Source of the DNA: Sulfurospirillaceae bacterium
Lineage (GTDB): Bacteria; Campylobacterota; Campylobacteria; Campylobacterales; Sulfurospirillaceae
Direction: 5' to 3'
NCBI GenBank assembly: GCA_033723415.1
Contig: JAWVXD010000003.1
Span: forward strand, 160,001 to 224,000
DNA length: 64,000 nucleotides
Shown here: piece after piece, positions 1 through 10,207 of the stretch
Position numbering within the stretch: position 1 is the stretch's first letter
Layout of the letters: each line of letters begins with the position of its first letter
The notes under the pieces: generated by a model
Database searches by the model: none
The model's input: the letters and a program-made list of their open reading frames with translations, nothing else
Told to the model about the DNA's origin: nothing
Program-made: the position numbers and the translations under genes

Positions 1-488
1 TTGATGGAGTCGGTGTATGCACTTTTTGATAAAAAGTTTTGCGCGACTTGTGAAAAATAAAACGAGATCGCAAGACCCAGCGGCATCAACGTGACCATTG
101 TCCAGTATGTTGTAAGAGATTCCCAGAGAGTTCTAGTTCTTACTTTAAATATTGAACTCACGATCTTCTCGTAATCAAAGAAGAACATTACAGAAACATA
201 TAGAACGAAGATGAGACCGACAGTACCCATACTCCCCGTATTTTCCATAAATTTGTTTAGATATTGGCTTATTACTTCTTGTTGTGTCGGTATCATGGAA
301 TTAAAAATAAAATTTTGAATTTTTTCGTATTGATCTTTAAAGCTAGGCATCTTGGTAAAAATACTAAAGCTTATCAGAAGTATTGGAATTAAAGACAAGA
401 TAGTGTGAAAGCTAAGAGATGAAGCATAGTGAGCAAGCTCTTTATCCTCCATCTTCTTTATGACTCTTTTTATCTTGTCAAATTTCAT
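1..488 (-). CDS. YihY/BrkB family inner membrane protein (runs off window start)
   Basis: Not in the ORF track. Hand translation from the ATG at 488 (overlapping the glcD stop, TAATG) gives MKFDKIKRVIKKMEDKELAHYASSLSFHTILSLIPILL, a YihY-type N-terminus, open to base 1. Confidence 0.85.
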   Translation of the reverse strand, partial: MKFDKIKRVIKKMEDKELAHYASSLSFHTILSLIPILLISFSIFTKMPSFKDQYEKIQNFIFNSMIPTQQEVISQYLNKFMENTGSMGTVGLIFVLYVSVMFFFDYEKIVSSIFKVRTRTLWESLTTYWTMVTLMPLGLAISFYFSQVAQNFLSKSAYTDSI

Positions 489-1867
489 TATAATCCCATT
501 TTACTTGGATTTAAGATATTGTTTGGATCAAAAGCTTTTTTGATAGAGCGAAATAGTTCCATCTCTGCATCACTAAAAGCCATCTTCATAAAAGGTGCTT
601 TGCTTAATCCTATTCCGTGTTCTCCACTTAACGTTCCACCTAATTCTATAGTTACTTTAAATATCTCAATTATTGCTTCATGACCTATTTCAAGTTGTTT
701 TGGATCATTGCCGTCTACCATTACGTTAGTATGCACGTTGCCATCACCGGTATGACCGAAACATGGTATGTTTACATTGTATCTTTTTGATATTTTGTCA
801 ACTGCTTCGAGAAGTGCAGGGAGCTTGCTTCTTGGGACCGTTATATCTTCATTGAGTTTTTTGCTACCGTAAATAGTGATGCTTTGGCTGGCATTTCTTC
901 TCGCAAACCAAAGCGCTGCTGATTCTTCTTTGTCTTTTGCAATCTTGAATTCCGTACAACCGTTTTCTTTAAAACTTTTTTCAATAATTTCTAACTGATT
1001 TTCAAGCTCTTCTTCTAGATTCCCGTCCACGTCAGTTATCAAAATAGCTCCTGCATCGGTCGGTAGTCCTTTGTGAAATTTTTGCTCAACGGCTCTTATG
1101 CTGAGGTTGTCCAAAAATTCCATAGCAACAGGCGTTACACCTGCAGCCATCGTTTTAAATACCGCTTCCATTGCTTTTTGTACACTTGGAAAGATTCCCA
1201 TAGCACTACGTGATAGTTTTGGCTTAGCAAGAAGTTTTAGCGTGATTTCACTAAGTACTGCCAGTGTTCCCTCGCTTGCGATTAGGATGCCTGCAATATT
1301 ATAACCTGCTACGTCTTTTATAGTACGTTTTCCGGCTCTTATGATATCTCCGTTTGGCAAAACTGCTCTCAGTGCCATCACAAAATCTTTGGTTATTCCA
1401 TATTTTGCAGCCCTCATCCCTCCTGCATTCTCACTGACGTTTCCACCTAAAGTAGAATAGTCTTGGCTTGCAGGATCAGGAGGGTAAAACAATCCTCTCT
1501 TCTCGACTTCTTTTTGTAAATCCATATTTATGACGCCAGGTTGTACTACTGCCACAAGATTTTCCATATCAATTTCTAGTATTTTATTCATATGTTTTTC
1601 TAGTGCCAAGATTATACCGCCTTCTGCAGGTAGTGCTCCACCTGTAAATCCGCTTCCTGCACCTCTTGGGGTTATGATTATTTTATGTTCATTACAATAT
1701 TTTAGGATTTTGCTTATATCCTCTTCATCTCTAGGGAATACTACAGCATCCGGTTCATAGTGATTTCTTGTCGCATCATACGAATATGCTAAAAGATGTG
1801 CTTTGTCATCATAAACATTTTCTTTTCCGACTATATCTTTAAAATACTCTATGTGTGAAGTTTTCAT
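488..1867 (-). CDS. glcD: FAD-linked oxidase, glycolate oxidase subunit GlcD family
   Basis: PRGAGSGFTGG, YPPDPAS, GHTGDGNVH and SGEHGIG motifs. Confidence 0.88.
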   Translation of the reverse strand: MKTSHIEYFKDIVGKENVYDDKAHLLAYSYDATRNHYEPDAVVFPRDEEDISKILKYCNEHKIIITPRGAGSGFTGGALPAEGGIILALEKHMNKILEIDMENLVAVVQPGVINMDLQKEVEKRGLFYPPDPASQDYSTLGGNVSENAGGMRAAKYGITKDFVMALRAVLPNGDIIRAGKRTIKDVAGYNIAGILIASEGTLAVLSEITLKLLAKPKLSRSAMGIFPSVQKAMEAVFKTMAAGVTPVAMEFLDNLSIRAVEQKFHKGLPTDAGAILITDVDGNLEEELENQLEIIEKSFKENGCTEFKIAKDKEESAALWFARRNASQSITIYGSKKLNEDITVPRSKLPALLEAVDKISKRYNVNIPCFGHTGDGNVHTNVMVDGNDPKQLEIGHEAIIEIFKVTIELGGTLSGEHGIGLSKAPFMKMAFSDAEMELFRSIKKAFDPNNILNPSKMGL

Positions 1868-2712
1868 TTCATTTTCGTCTTTAAATAATTGTATAGATTA
1901 AAAGGAGTATCCTTCTCACTTGAATTATTGTCGTTTGAAGTTGTCCCTATATTGGTTATCCTAGAAAAAATTGAATATCCACTTTCGCTATTTTCACCAC
2001 CGTTTTTGATCAAAGCTTTATAATAGTCTAAATACGAATCAATCTTACTTGATCCAAATTCAAACATTGAACTATCAATGTTCTTAACTCTGCTGTAAAA
2101 CGGAACTTGAAAATTTTTTATTGGAAAAGCTTTGTCTTTTTTTACCACTTTAAAATCATTGCAATCTACAAAATATAAGGCATCATCCATAGCAAACAAG
2201 ATCAAAGACGCAGCATTTTGCGAACACATTTGTTGAAAAAGTTTTTTGTCCGGATTTGGTCTGTACATCTTTGCTAAAAAAGACGCTGGAATATCTGGAT
2301 TTACCCAAGTAATATTTTTATACTTATTGATAATTTCGCTATATACTTTATAATTTGGAGCGACTATCAAAGCTCTGTCGTAAAGATAATTTATTATTAC
2401 TTCATCACCTACTTGCGGAGTTATGCCTGATCTTGGCAGTGAATTTTGCTTAAGACCTATATAGTTCTTGATTTTCAATGTGGCAGTATCACCAGATTTA
2501 TTGATTACTCTAACGCTTGATATAATACTTGATGTTGATTTGTCAAATTTGTGTATTATAATACCTGTCGAACCTATAGTAAAGTCTTTCGAATTTTTTA
2601 TGGTTACGTGATTTCCGTTTATTCCTATGACGTTAGTTTTAAATTCGTTATATAAGCCGTTAGCATTTAATACCGAAAAAATAATAGACAAGATCAATAT
2701 AGCCTTTCTCAA
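1864..2712 (-). CDS. Exported protein, plasminogen-binding (PgbA-like) N-terminal domain
   Basis: Signal peptide; YLYDRALIVAPN motif typical of this Campylobacterota family. Confidence 0.65.
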   Translation of the reverse strand: MRKAILILSIIFSVLNANGLYNEFKTNVIGINGNHVTIKNSKDFTIGSTGIIIHKFDKSTSSIISSVRVINKSGDTATLKIKNYIGLKQNSLPRSGITPQVGDEVIINYLYDRALIVAPNYKVYSEIINKYKNITWVNPDIPASFLAKMYRPNPDKKLFQQMCSQNAASLILFAMDDALYFVDCNDFKVVKKDKAFPIKNFQVPFYSRVKNIDSSMFEFGSSKIDSYLDYYKALIKNGGENSESGYSIFSRITNIGTTSNDNNSSEKDTPFNLYNYLKTKMK

Positions 2713-2831
2713 ATGAAGCTCCTTTTTCTTTTTGTGGTAAAATTATACAATAACTAACCGAAAATAAAACTTTTGCAATTTATAAGTAACACTAAGTTAT
2801 AATCAATTCAATAATTTTTGAAGGGGGCTTT

Positions 2832-4016
2832 GTGAGGAAACTGTTGTTAATTATTCTTGTCTTGTCATCTTGTTTGAATGCAGCCTATTTGGAAGAGCAA
2901 ACTTGGAAAAACGGCGAAACCTTTCTTGATTTTTTAAGCAAAAACTCTCTGCCTCTAAATATCTATTATGATTTGGACGGAAGAGATAAAGAATTGGCCG
3001 CTGAGATCATATCAGGTACAAAATTTCAAATCTTAAGAGATGACAATAAAAAGATAGAACAAGTCCTTATCCCTGTCGGCGAAGAATTACAGCTTCATAT
3101 AGAAAAACAAGGTAAATCATATATCTTAACCACTACCCCAATAGCATATCAAGAAAAACAAGAAACGGTAGCGCTTCAAATTACAAGTTCTCCATATCAA
3201 GATATAATAGATGCGACGCACAACTATCTTCTGGCGCATGAATTTATACAATCATATAAGAAAAGCGTAAATTTTAAACATTTGAGAAAAGGTGATAACC
3301 TTGTCATATTTTATTCTAAAAAGATAAGACTGGGGCAACAATTCGGTGCTCCTACGATAGAAGCTTCTATGGTTGAAGTAAGGGGCGTAAAACATTATGT
3401 TTTCTTATACAATAAGAATAGATACTATGATTCAAACGGTAGGGAAGTTGAAGGTTTTTTCCTAAGTTTGCCGGTACATTATACAAGAATCTCAGATCGT
3501 TTTACGTATAAAAGATGGCATCCTATCCTACACAGATATAGAGCTCATTTGGGGATAGATTATGCTGCTCCAAGAGGCACACCAGTCAAAGCGGCAAGAT
3601 CAGGCAGAGTTATATTTGTTGGTAGAAAAGGCGGCTACGGCAATACTGTGGTAATAGCTCACGAAGATGGATATAAAACGCTGTATGGGCACTTAGAGAA
3701 GTTTAAAAGAGGAATGAGAAGAGGCAAACATGTTAAAAAAGGTCAAGTGATTGCATATGTTGGTTCAACCGGTCTTAGTACCGGACCGCATTTACATTTT
3801 GGACTATACAGAGGAGCTGTCGCTATAAATCCTGATAGTGCTATCCAGCTAGTCAAAAGTGTATTGGCAGGAAAAGAAAGACAAAAATTTATGAAATATA
3901 CTGCTAAGTTCAAAGAGAATATGAATTTGGCCTTGATAAAGAAAAAACAACCTACGATGGAGCAAAAATTCAAATACATAGTTAGTTTAGAACAAAAAGA
4001 CAAATACGTAGAGTAA
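2832..4016 (+). CDS. M23 family peptidoglycan DD-endopeptidase (Csd3-like)
   Basis: HLGIDY, YGHL and GPHLHF M23 zinc motifs; signal peptide. Confidence 0.9.
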   Translation: MRKLLLIILVLSSCLNAAYLEEQTWKNGETFLDFLSKNSLPLNIYYDLDGRDKELAAEIISGTKFQILRDDNKKIEQVLIPVGEELQLHIEKQGKSYILTTTPIAYQEKQETVALQITSSPYQDIIDATHNYLLAHEFIQSYKKSVNFKHLRKGDNLVIFYSKKIRLGQQFGAPTIEASMVEVRGVKHYVFLYNKNRYYDSNGREVEGFFLSLPVHYTRISDRFTYKRWHPILHRYRAHLGIDYAAPRGTPVKAARSGRVIFVGRKGGYGNTVVIAHEDGYKTLYGHLEKFKRGMRRGKHVKKGQVIAYVGSTGLSTGPHLHFGLYRGAVAINPDSAIQLVKSVLAGKERQKFMKYTAKFKENMNLALIKKKQPTMEQKFKYIVSLEQKDKYVE

Positions 4017-4025
4017 GGATTTTTC

Positions 4026-5390
4026 GTGAATGAAGAGTTTGAAAAAAATATAGATTTTTTAAATGATTTTGTCGACAATAAAATAGAAGGTGAAATCTCA
4101 GCAACAGAGCTGGCAAAAATATTTAAAAATATAAAAAAGCATGATGAAGAAACCTTTTTCAAACTTTTAGAAAAAATCCCAAATGATGTTTTGGGTGAAG
4201 TTGTTTTAGAATTACCTGATCGTTTTTTAAAAGAGATTATTGAAAATGTATCAAAAGAGCGGTTAAAAGAAGCGATCGAAGAGCTAGAGAGTGATGATGC
4301 CACCGATTTGATTCAAGACATTGAAGAAGTTGACAGTGAACAAGCTAAAGAGATTTTGTCATTTTTGGATCAAGAAGATCAAGATGAGATAAAGAAACTA
4401 AAAAGATATGACGACGAAGAAGCCGGTGCATATATGCAAACCGAGCTTTTTACAGCTACATATGAAGAAACGATCCAATCAGCACTCGATAGACTCAAAC
4501 AGGAGAAAAAAGAAGGAACACTAGAAAATATTCACCATACTTTCATAGTAGATACCCTCGGCAGACTTATCTTTACCATTACGTTAGAAGATCTCATACT
4601 TTTTGATTTTAACAAGACATTTAGAGATCAACTAGAAAACAAAGAAGACGAATTTCAACCTAGATATGTAAAAGACACTGATGATATTGATGAAGTTGTT
4701 CATATATTTGAAAATTATGATCTAACCAGTCTTCCGGTTGTTGATAGCAACAATAAACTTATAGGAAGAATTACATCAGATGATATTCACGATCTCGTTC
4801 AAGAGATGGCAACTGAGCAGATATATGGACTAGCCGGTGTAGATGATGAAGCTGAGCATGAAGAAAATATAACAGAAGCAGGTAAATCTCGTGCTTCTTG
4901 GCTCTTTGTCAATCTTCTTACTGCTATCTTGGCATCATTTGTTATAGGTTTGTTCGATAAAACTCTTCAGTCATATGTAGCCCTTGCCGTGTTGATGCCT
5001 ATAGTAGCTTCAATGGGAGGCAATGCCGGAACACAAACATTGACGATTATGGTTAGACAGCTGGCTTTGGGTGAAGTAGATTTTCAAAATGCAAAAGATG
5101 CGATAATAAAAGAGATGATACTCTCAAGTGCAAATGGTTTTATATTTGGAATTGTGATGGGGACTATCGCTTTTTTATGGTTTAGAGATTGGAGATTAGG
5201 TCTTATCATCGCATCGTCTATGCAGATAAATCTTGTAGCCGCAGGATTAGTCGGTGCGGGTATTCCTCTTCTTTTAAAAAGAATAGGAATAGATCCGGCA
5301 GTAGGAAGTACAGTTGTTTTAACAACTTTTACCGATGTTATAGGATTTTTCAGTTTTTTAGGATTGGCAAGTATATTTTTGTTTAAATAG
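4026..5390 (+). CDS. mgtE: Magnesium transporter MgtE
   Basis: Acidic N-domain, CBS pair, GGNAGTQ and DPAV...TTFTD transmembrane motifs. Confidence 0.95.
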   Translation: MNEEFEKNIDFLNDFVDNKIEGEISATELAKIFKNIKKHDEETFFKLLEKIPNDVLGEVVLELPDRFLKEIIENVSKERLKEAIEELESDDATDLIQDIEEVDSEQAKEILSFLDQEDQDEIKKLKRYDDEEAGAYMQTELFTATYEETIQSALDRLKQEKKEGTLENIHHTFIVDTLGRLIFTITLEDLILFDFNKTFRDQLENKEDEFQPRYVKDTDDIDEVVHIFENYDLTSLPVVDSNNKLIGRITSDDIHDLVQEMATEQIYGLAGVDDEAEHEENITEAGKSRASWLFVNLLTAILASFVIGLFDKTLQSYVALAVLMPIVASMGGNAGTQTLTIMVRQLALGEVDFQNAKDAIIKEMILSSANGFIFGIVMGTIAFLWFRDWRLGLIIASSMQINLVAAGLVGAGIPLLLKRIGIDPAVGSTVVLTTFTDVIGFFSFLGLASIFLFK

Positions 5391-5402
5391 TCCAGACATC
5401 TT

Positions 5403-6293
5403 TTAATCTATAAATCTCTTTTCTATATTTTTATAAGTCTCTATTCTTCTGTCTCTTAAAAATGGCCAAATTCTTCTAGTGTCTTCACATCTTTGCATAT
5501 CTAGTTCACAGATTATAACTTTTTCTTCTTCACTATTTGCTTTTATCAAAAATTCTCCCTGTGGACCGCAAACAAAGGAATTTCCCCAAAATCTAATACC
5601 ATCTAGCACCTTATGATCATCAAGCTCTTTGCCTACACGGTTAATCGCAACCAAAGGTAATCCGTTTGCTACTGCATGACCTCTTTGAACAGTGATCCAG
5701 GCTTCTAACTGTTTTTGTTTTTCATCAACACTGTCTTCATCAAACCAACCTATTGCAGTTGGATATATCAAAATCTCAGCACCTGCTAAGCTCATCAATC
5801 TTGCTGCTTCAGGATACCACTGATCCCAGCAGATCAAAACTCCTAGTTTTCCTACACTTGTTTGTATTGGATCATACCCTAGATCTCCGGGAGTAAAATA
5901 AAATTTTTCATAAAATCCAGGATCGTCAGGTATGTGCATTTTTCTATATTTCCCTGCTATACTGCCATCTTTTTCAAAAACTATTGCAGTATTGTGATAA
6001 ATGCCTTCTGTCCTTTTCTCGAACAGAGAAGTCAAAAGAACAATACTATTTTGCTTTGCCACATTTGACCAATAATTTATATCTTCTTCCCAGCTATTTG
6101 CGAGATCAAAATTTTTGACATCCTCATTTATGCAAAAATATCTATCTTGATGAAGTTCTTGAAGCAAGACCAATTCTGCTCCGCCCTTAGCTGCTGTTTT
6201 TATCATATCTACCGTTTTTTGTACTGTTTCTTTTTTAGAGTTGACAAAAGATTGTTGTATAAGAGCTATTTTTAGTTTTGTTTTTTTTGACAT
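5403..6293 (-). CDS. aguB: Carbon-nitrogen hydrolase, N-carbamoylputrescine amidase
   Basis: LQEL, YRKMHIPDDPGFYEKFYF and ICWDQW catalytic motifs; agmatine deiminase nearby. Confidence 0.88.
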   Translation of the reverse strand: MSKKTKLKIALIQQSFVNSKKETVQKTVDMIKTAAKGGAELVLLQELHQDRYFCINEDVKNFDLANSWEEDINYWSNVAKQNSIVLLTSLFEKRTEGIYHNTAIVFEKDGSIAGKYRKMHIPDDPGFYEKFYFTPGDLGYDPIQTSVGKLGVLICWDQWYPEAARLMSLAGAEILIYPTAIGWFDEDSVDEKQKQLEAWITVQRGHAVANGLPLVAINRVGKELDDHKVLDGIRFWGNSFVCGPQGEFLIKANSEEEKVIICELDMQRCEDTRRIWPFLRDRRIETYKNIEKRFID

Positions 6294-6414
6294 CGTATTG
6301 CCTTATTTTAAAATCTATACTTCTTTTATGAAGTATTAATAATATGTGAAAATTTCTATTTTTCAAATATTATCATAAACTTTTTGTACAGAAGCTAAAT
6401 TTATGATATATTTT

Positions 6415-6429
6415 TGAGAATGATTATCA
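6415..6429. promoter_or_regulatory. Fur box upstream of feoAB
   Basis: TGAGAAT-G-ATTATCA, one mismatch from the 7-1-7 TGATAAT-N-ATTATCA consensus, 70 bp upstream of feoA. Confidence 0.85.
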
Positions 6430-6498
6430 ATTTAAGTATATTTTAATTTATTTTTGATATTATTCTTCTCATATTTGAATCAAGGATTATGAAAAAAT

Positions 6499-6723
6499 AT
6501 GAAAAATGTATCTGACATGAAAATATCCGAAAAAGCAACAATAAAAAAAATAATAGCAAAAGAACCTATAAAAAGTAGGCTTTTAGCCATGGGAATAGTC
6601 AAAGGTGCAAATATAAAAGTATTAGAACATACTTTAGCAAAACAGACTTGGGACGTACTCAGCAACAACACCAAAATAGCCCTAAGAGAAGAAGAAGCCA
6701 AAGGAATATTAGTAGATGAATAA
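6499..6723 (+). CDS. feoA: Ferrous iron transport protein A
   Basis: RLLAMGIVKG and IALREEEA motifs; overlaps feoB start. Confidence 0.92.
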   Translation: MKNVSDMKISEKATIKKIIAKEPIKSRLLAMGIVKGANIKVLEHTLAKQTWDVLSNNTKIALREEEAKGILVDE

Positions 6724-8818
6724 AAGTATAAAGGTAGCTATAGTTGGGCAGCCTAATGTTGGAAAATCTTCAATTATAAATGCGATTGGCAATGCGAGAT
6801 TACATGTTGGAAATTTTACAGGTGTAACGGTTGCGAAAAAAGAAGTATTTTTACAAAGAGATCTGTATGATATCAAGATGACGGATTTACCCGGAATTTA
6901 TTCATTAAATGCGTACACTCCTGAGGAGCAAGTCTCAAAAAATTTTCTGATAAATGAAGAGTATGACATAATTTTGAATGTTATAGATGCAAATACTCTC
7001 TCAAGAAATCTAATTTTTACTCTTCAACTTTTGGATATGCGTAAAAAAACGATCTTGGTTTTAAATATGATAGACGAAGTTGAGAAAAAGAGCAGCTTTT
7101 TAAGCAAAGAAAACCTGGAAACTCTACTTGGGATTCCTGTTATTTTAACTTCGGCAAAAGAAAATAGAGGTGTTGAAGATATAGTAAATCAGATTATTTC
7201 TACAAGCAATGAAGAGAGCGTTAAAAACAAAATATTCTATGATGAAAGGTTAGAGCAAAGAATTGAGGACTTAGCAAAAATCCTGAGGAAATCTCCTCAT
7301 TTTAAAGATTTGGATTATTCTAGGTTTTTGGCGATAAGACTGCTGGACAGAGATGAAAGCGTTTATAAGATAATACATGACTTGCCTATCTTTATAGAAG
7401 TTCACAATGCTTTGGAAAAAATGTACAAAAACCTTGAAAATGAATTTGATGAAGATAGTACTATAGATATATTTTCTAATCAAAGAGCTGCAATTGCATA
7501 TGATCTACAAAGACAAACTTTGAGTTTGGATGATGAGGAAGTAACACTAAGCGAAAAGATAGACAACTTACTTATACATCCGATTTTAGGTCTTCCTATA
7601 TTTTTATTTTTTATGTGGGCTCTTTTTCAACTTACATTTGAATTTGGCAATATTCCTATGAATTTTATAGATAGCGTTTTCTCGGAGAGTGCAAACTTCC
7701 TAGCTACTTTTCTTCCAAAAGGAATCTTTAATTCTGTTATTACTGAGGGTATTTTGCCTGCGGTTGGAGCTGTTGTTATGTTCTTGCCAAATATTTTGAT
7801 ATTGTTCTTTGGTTTAAATCTTTTAGAACAAACAGGTTACATGAGCAGGGCTGCATATTTGATGGATGGATTTCTGAAAAGATTTGGTTTACAAGGAAAA
7901 GCTTTTGTTCCTCTTGTGAGTGGATTTGGTTGTACGGTTCCTGCATATATGGCTGCTCGTACTTTAAAAAATCCAAAGGATCGGATCATAACTATGCTGG
8001 TTCTTGGATTTATGAGTTGTGGTGCAAAACTTCCTGTTTATGTACTTATAATCTCAGCATTCTTCTCAAATCACAATCCAGGAAATATTCTATTTTTGAT
8101 CTATATAGGTGGAGCTATTCTAGGGCTCTTAGTGGCAAAAGTTCTTAGACTAGTATTATTTAAAGGTGAACCTGAACCATTCGTTATGGAAATGCCTCCA
8201 TATAGATTCCCTTCACTGAAAGCACTTTTGATGGATTTATGGATCAAGACAAGGATGTTCTTAAAAAAAGCAGGGACATTTATAGCGTTAGCATCTATAG
8301 TCGTGTGGTTTTTGAGCTCCTATCCAAAAAATGATGTATTGACGCAAAGTTACACTCAGAAAATCGTGACCTCAAAAAGTGTAGAATCAAAAAAAGAGTT
8401 GAAAAATACCTTGAATGCGAAGCTTCTAGAAGAGAGTTATCTTGGAAGGGTAGGTAAATTTATAGAACCTGTATTTAAACCTTTAGGTTTTGATTGGAGG
8501 ATGAGTGTTTCTGTGATAGCAGGACTTGCGGCAAAAGAGGTCGTCGTATCGACTATGGGAACATTATATGCAGTTGGAAGTTCAGGGGAAACAAATCAAG
8601 GATTGATCAAGAAAATGCAGGAAAATGTAAATTTTAAAGCTGCTTTTGCCCTTATCATAATCATTATGATATATTCACCTTGTTTGGCTGCTATGAGTAC
8701 ATTTTATGCCGAAATTCCTCAGTGGGCATGGAGAGCATTCTATACGATTTATCCAAATGTAGTAGCTTGGATCCTAGCCTATGCATCATATAGAATTTTA
8801 TCTTTGATAGGTTATTAA
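6716..8818 (+). CDS. feoB: Ferrous iron transport protein B
   Basis: GQPNVGKS, GNFTGVT, DLPG, NMID GTPase motifs plus membrane gate domains. Confidence 0.97.
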   Translation: MNKSIKVAIVGQPNVGKSSIINAIGNARLHVGNFTGVTVAKKEVFLQRDLYDIKMTDLPGIYSLNAYTPEEQVSKNFLINEEYDIILNVIDANTLSRNLIFTLQLLDMRKKTILVLNMIDEVEKKSSFLSKENLETLLGIPVILTSAKENRGVEDIVNQIISTSNEESVKNKIFYDERLEQRIEDLAKILRKSPHFKDLDYSRFLAIRLLDRDESVYKIIHDLPIFIEVHNALEKMYKNLENEFDEDSTIDIFSNQRAAIAYDLQRQTLSLDDEEVTLSEKIDNLLIHPILGLPIFLFFMWALFQLTFEFGNIPMNFIDSVFSESANFLATFLPKGIFNSVITEGILPAVGAVVMFLPNILILFFGLNLLEQTGYMSRAAYLMDGFLKRFGLQGKAFVPLVSGFGCTVPAYMAARTLKNPKDRIITMLVLGFMSCGAKLPVYVLIISAFFSNHNPGNILFLIYIGGAILGLLVAKVLRLVLFKGEPEPFVMEMPPYRFPSLKALLMDLWIKTRMFLKKAGTFIALASIVVWFLSSYPKNDVLTQSYTQKIVTSKSVESKKELKNTLNAKLLEESYLGRVGKFIEPVFKPLGFDWRMSVSVIAGLAAKEVVVSTMGTLYAVGSSGETNQGLIKKMQENVNFKAAFALIIIIMIYSPCLAAMSTFYAEIPQWAWRAFYTIYPNVVAWILAYASYRILSLIGY

Positions 8819-8923
8819 GTATTTGTAGTATAAAATAAAGTTCTTATAAGTCCTTGCAAACGAAGAATCCTGAATGTAAGGAATTTTACTTGGGCAAAGC
8901 TTAGAGTAAAAAGGGACAGTTAG

Positions 8924-9217
8924 ATGAAATTAAGTGAGTTAGAAAAAGGCAAAAGAGCCATAATAAATCAAATCAATTTAAAAAAAGATGTTAGAGAAAG
9001 ATTTATATCTATGGGATTGTGCATCGGTGCGACTATAAAAGTCTGTAGAAAAACAATAAAACAAGACTCTTTGCATGTTACGTTAGATTGTTCTGCTTGT
9101 TTGGCACTTAGTCGTGATGAAGCTGATTTTATAGATGTTACACCTCTTAAAGATGAAGGCTTTGGTTTTAAAAGAAGATTGGGACTAAATAAAAAAGATG
9201 AATGCTGCAAATTTTAG
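8924..9217 (+). CDS. Second FeoA-family protein with Cys-rich tail
   Basis: MKLSELEKG...RFISMGLCIG...LALSRDEA. Confidence 0.8.
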   Translation: MKLSELEKGKRAIINQINLKKDVRERFISMGLCIGATIKVCRKTIKQDSLHVTLDCSACLALSRDEADFIDVTPLKDEGFGFKRRLGLNKKDECCKF

Positions 9218-9226
9218 TAAAAATTC

Positions 9227-9253
9227 ATAAGGCTAAAAAAATATTAGCCTTAT
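9227..9253. terminator. Hairpin between convergent genes
   Basis: ATAAGGCTAA / TTAGCCTTAT perfect 10-bp stem. Confidence 0.65.
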
Positions 9254-9270
9254 AAGTTAAAAATGAATTA

Positions 9271-10206
9271 TTAATTTTGATAGGATACATTTCCTTTGAT
9301 CAATGATTTATCTCCTCTTGGAAGAGGGCATTGATTGATTTCCAGATCATCATATGGGTCTAAGTGAATATTTACAACCCACTCATATTTATTATCGATT
9401 TTTTTGATTTTATCTTCGACCCTATCACCGGCATAATGAGCTCTCAATAAAGACATAGTCGGATCAAAAACAAGATGAACATCTACGAAATTTGTATTTC
9501 CTGCCTGTCTTGTCTTTAGAAGATGGTACCCGTTTATCTCGGTTTCTTCATTTATTACATCTATGATTTTATCTACCAAAGAGTTATCTAAGGCAACATC
9601 AAGTAAAACTAAAACACCGCCTTTTATTATTTCATAAACAGAATATATGATATATATGGAGATCATGATTCCCATGATCGCATCTATAAGATAAAACTTT
9701 GTAAAATGAATGACAACCAAAGAGATAACGATAACTCCATTGCTGTAAACATCTGTTTTATAATGCAGGGCGTCTGCTTTGATGACCATATTGTCTGTTT
9801 TTTTGGCAACGTAATTTAAAAATATAACCAAAGCTATCGTCATCACAAGTGAGATAACCATGACATATATAGAAGAGTTTAGATGGCTTAATACTTCTTT
9901 ATGTATGGCCTTCTGAATTGACTCATAAAATATAAATATGCCTGATATGGCGATAATAGTCCCTTCTATAACTGCTGCAAGAGCTTCAATCTTACCTTTG
10001 CCGTAGTTAAAATAAACATCTGCCGGCTGTTCTGATTTTTTGATGGCAAAGAAATTAAACGCTGAAACTATAAAATCTAAAGTAGAATCTATAGCGCTTG
10101 CCAATACTGCGACAGATCCGCTTATTATGCCGATGGTAAGTTTAATTATTATTAGAACAATAGCAGTCATACTTGATATTATGGTGGCTTTTTTTTGTAG
10201 GGACAT
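9271..10206 (-). CDS. Cation diffusion facilitator (FieF/YiiP-like)
   Basis: SAIDSTLD, YGKGKIE, ADALHYKTD and IHLDP motifs; multiple TM segments. Confidence 0.9.
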   Translation of the reverse strand: MSLQKKATIISSMTAIVLIIIKLTIGIISGSVAVLASAIDSTLDFIVSAFNFFAIKKSEQPADVYFNYGKGKIEALAAVIEGTIIAISGIFIFYESIQKAIHKEVLSHLNSSIYVMVISLVMTIALVIFLNYVAKKTDNMVIKADALHYKTDVYSNGVIVISLVVIHFTKFYLIDAIMGIMISIYIIYSVYEIIKGGVLVLLDVALDNSLVDKIIDVINEETEINGYHLLKTRQAGNTNFVDVHLVFDPTMSLLRAHYAGDRVEDKIKKIDNKYEWVVNIHLDPYDDLEINQCPLPRGDKSLIKGNVSYQN

Positions 10207-10207
10207 T

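Noticed and set aside
8851..8911. c-di-GMP (GEMM) riboswitch
   Set aside because: GCAAA words are present but the GNRA tetraloop/receptor layout is not evident
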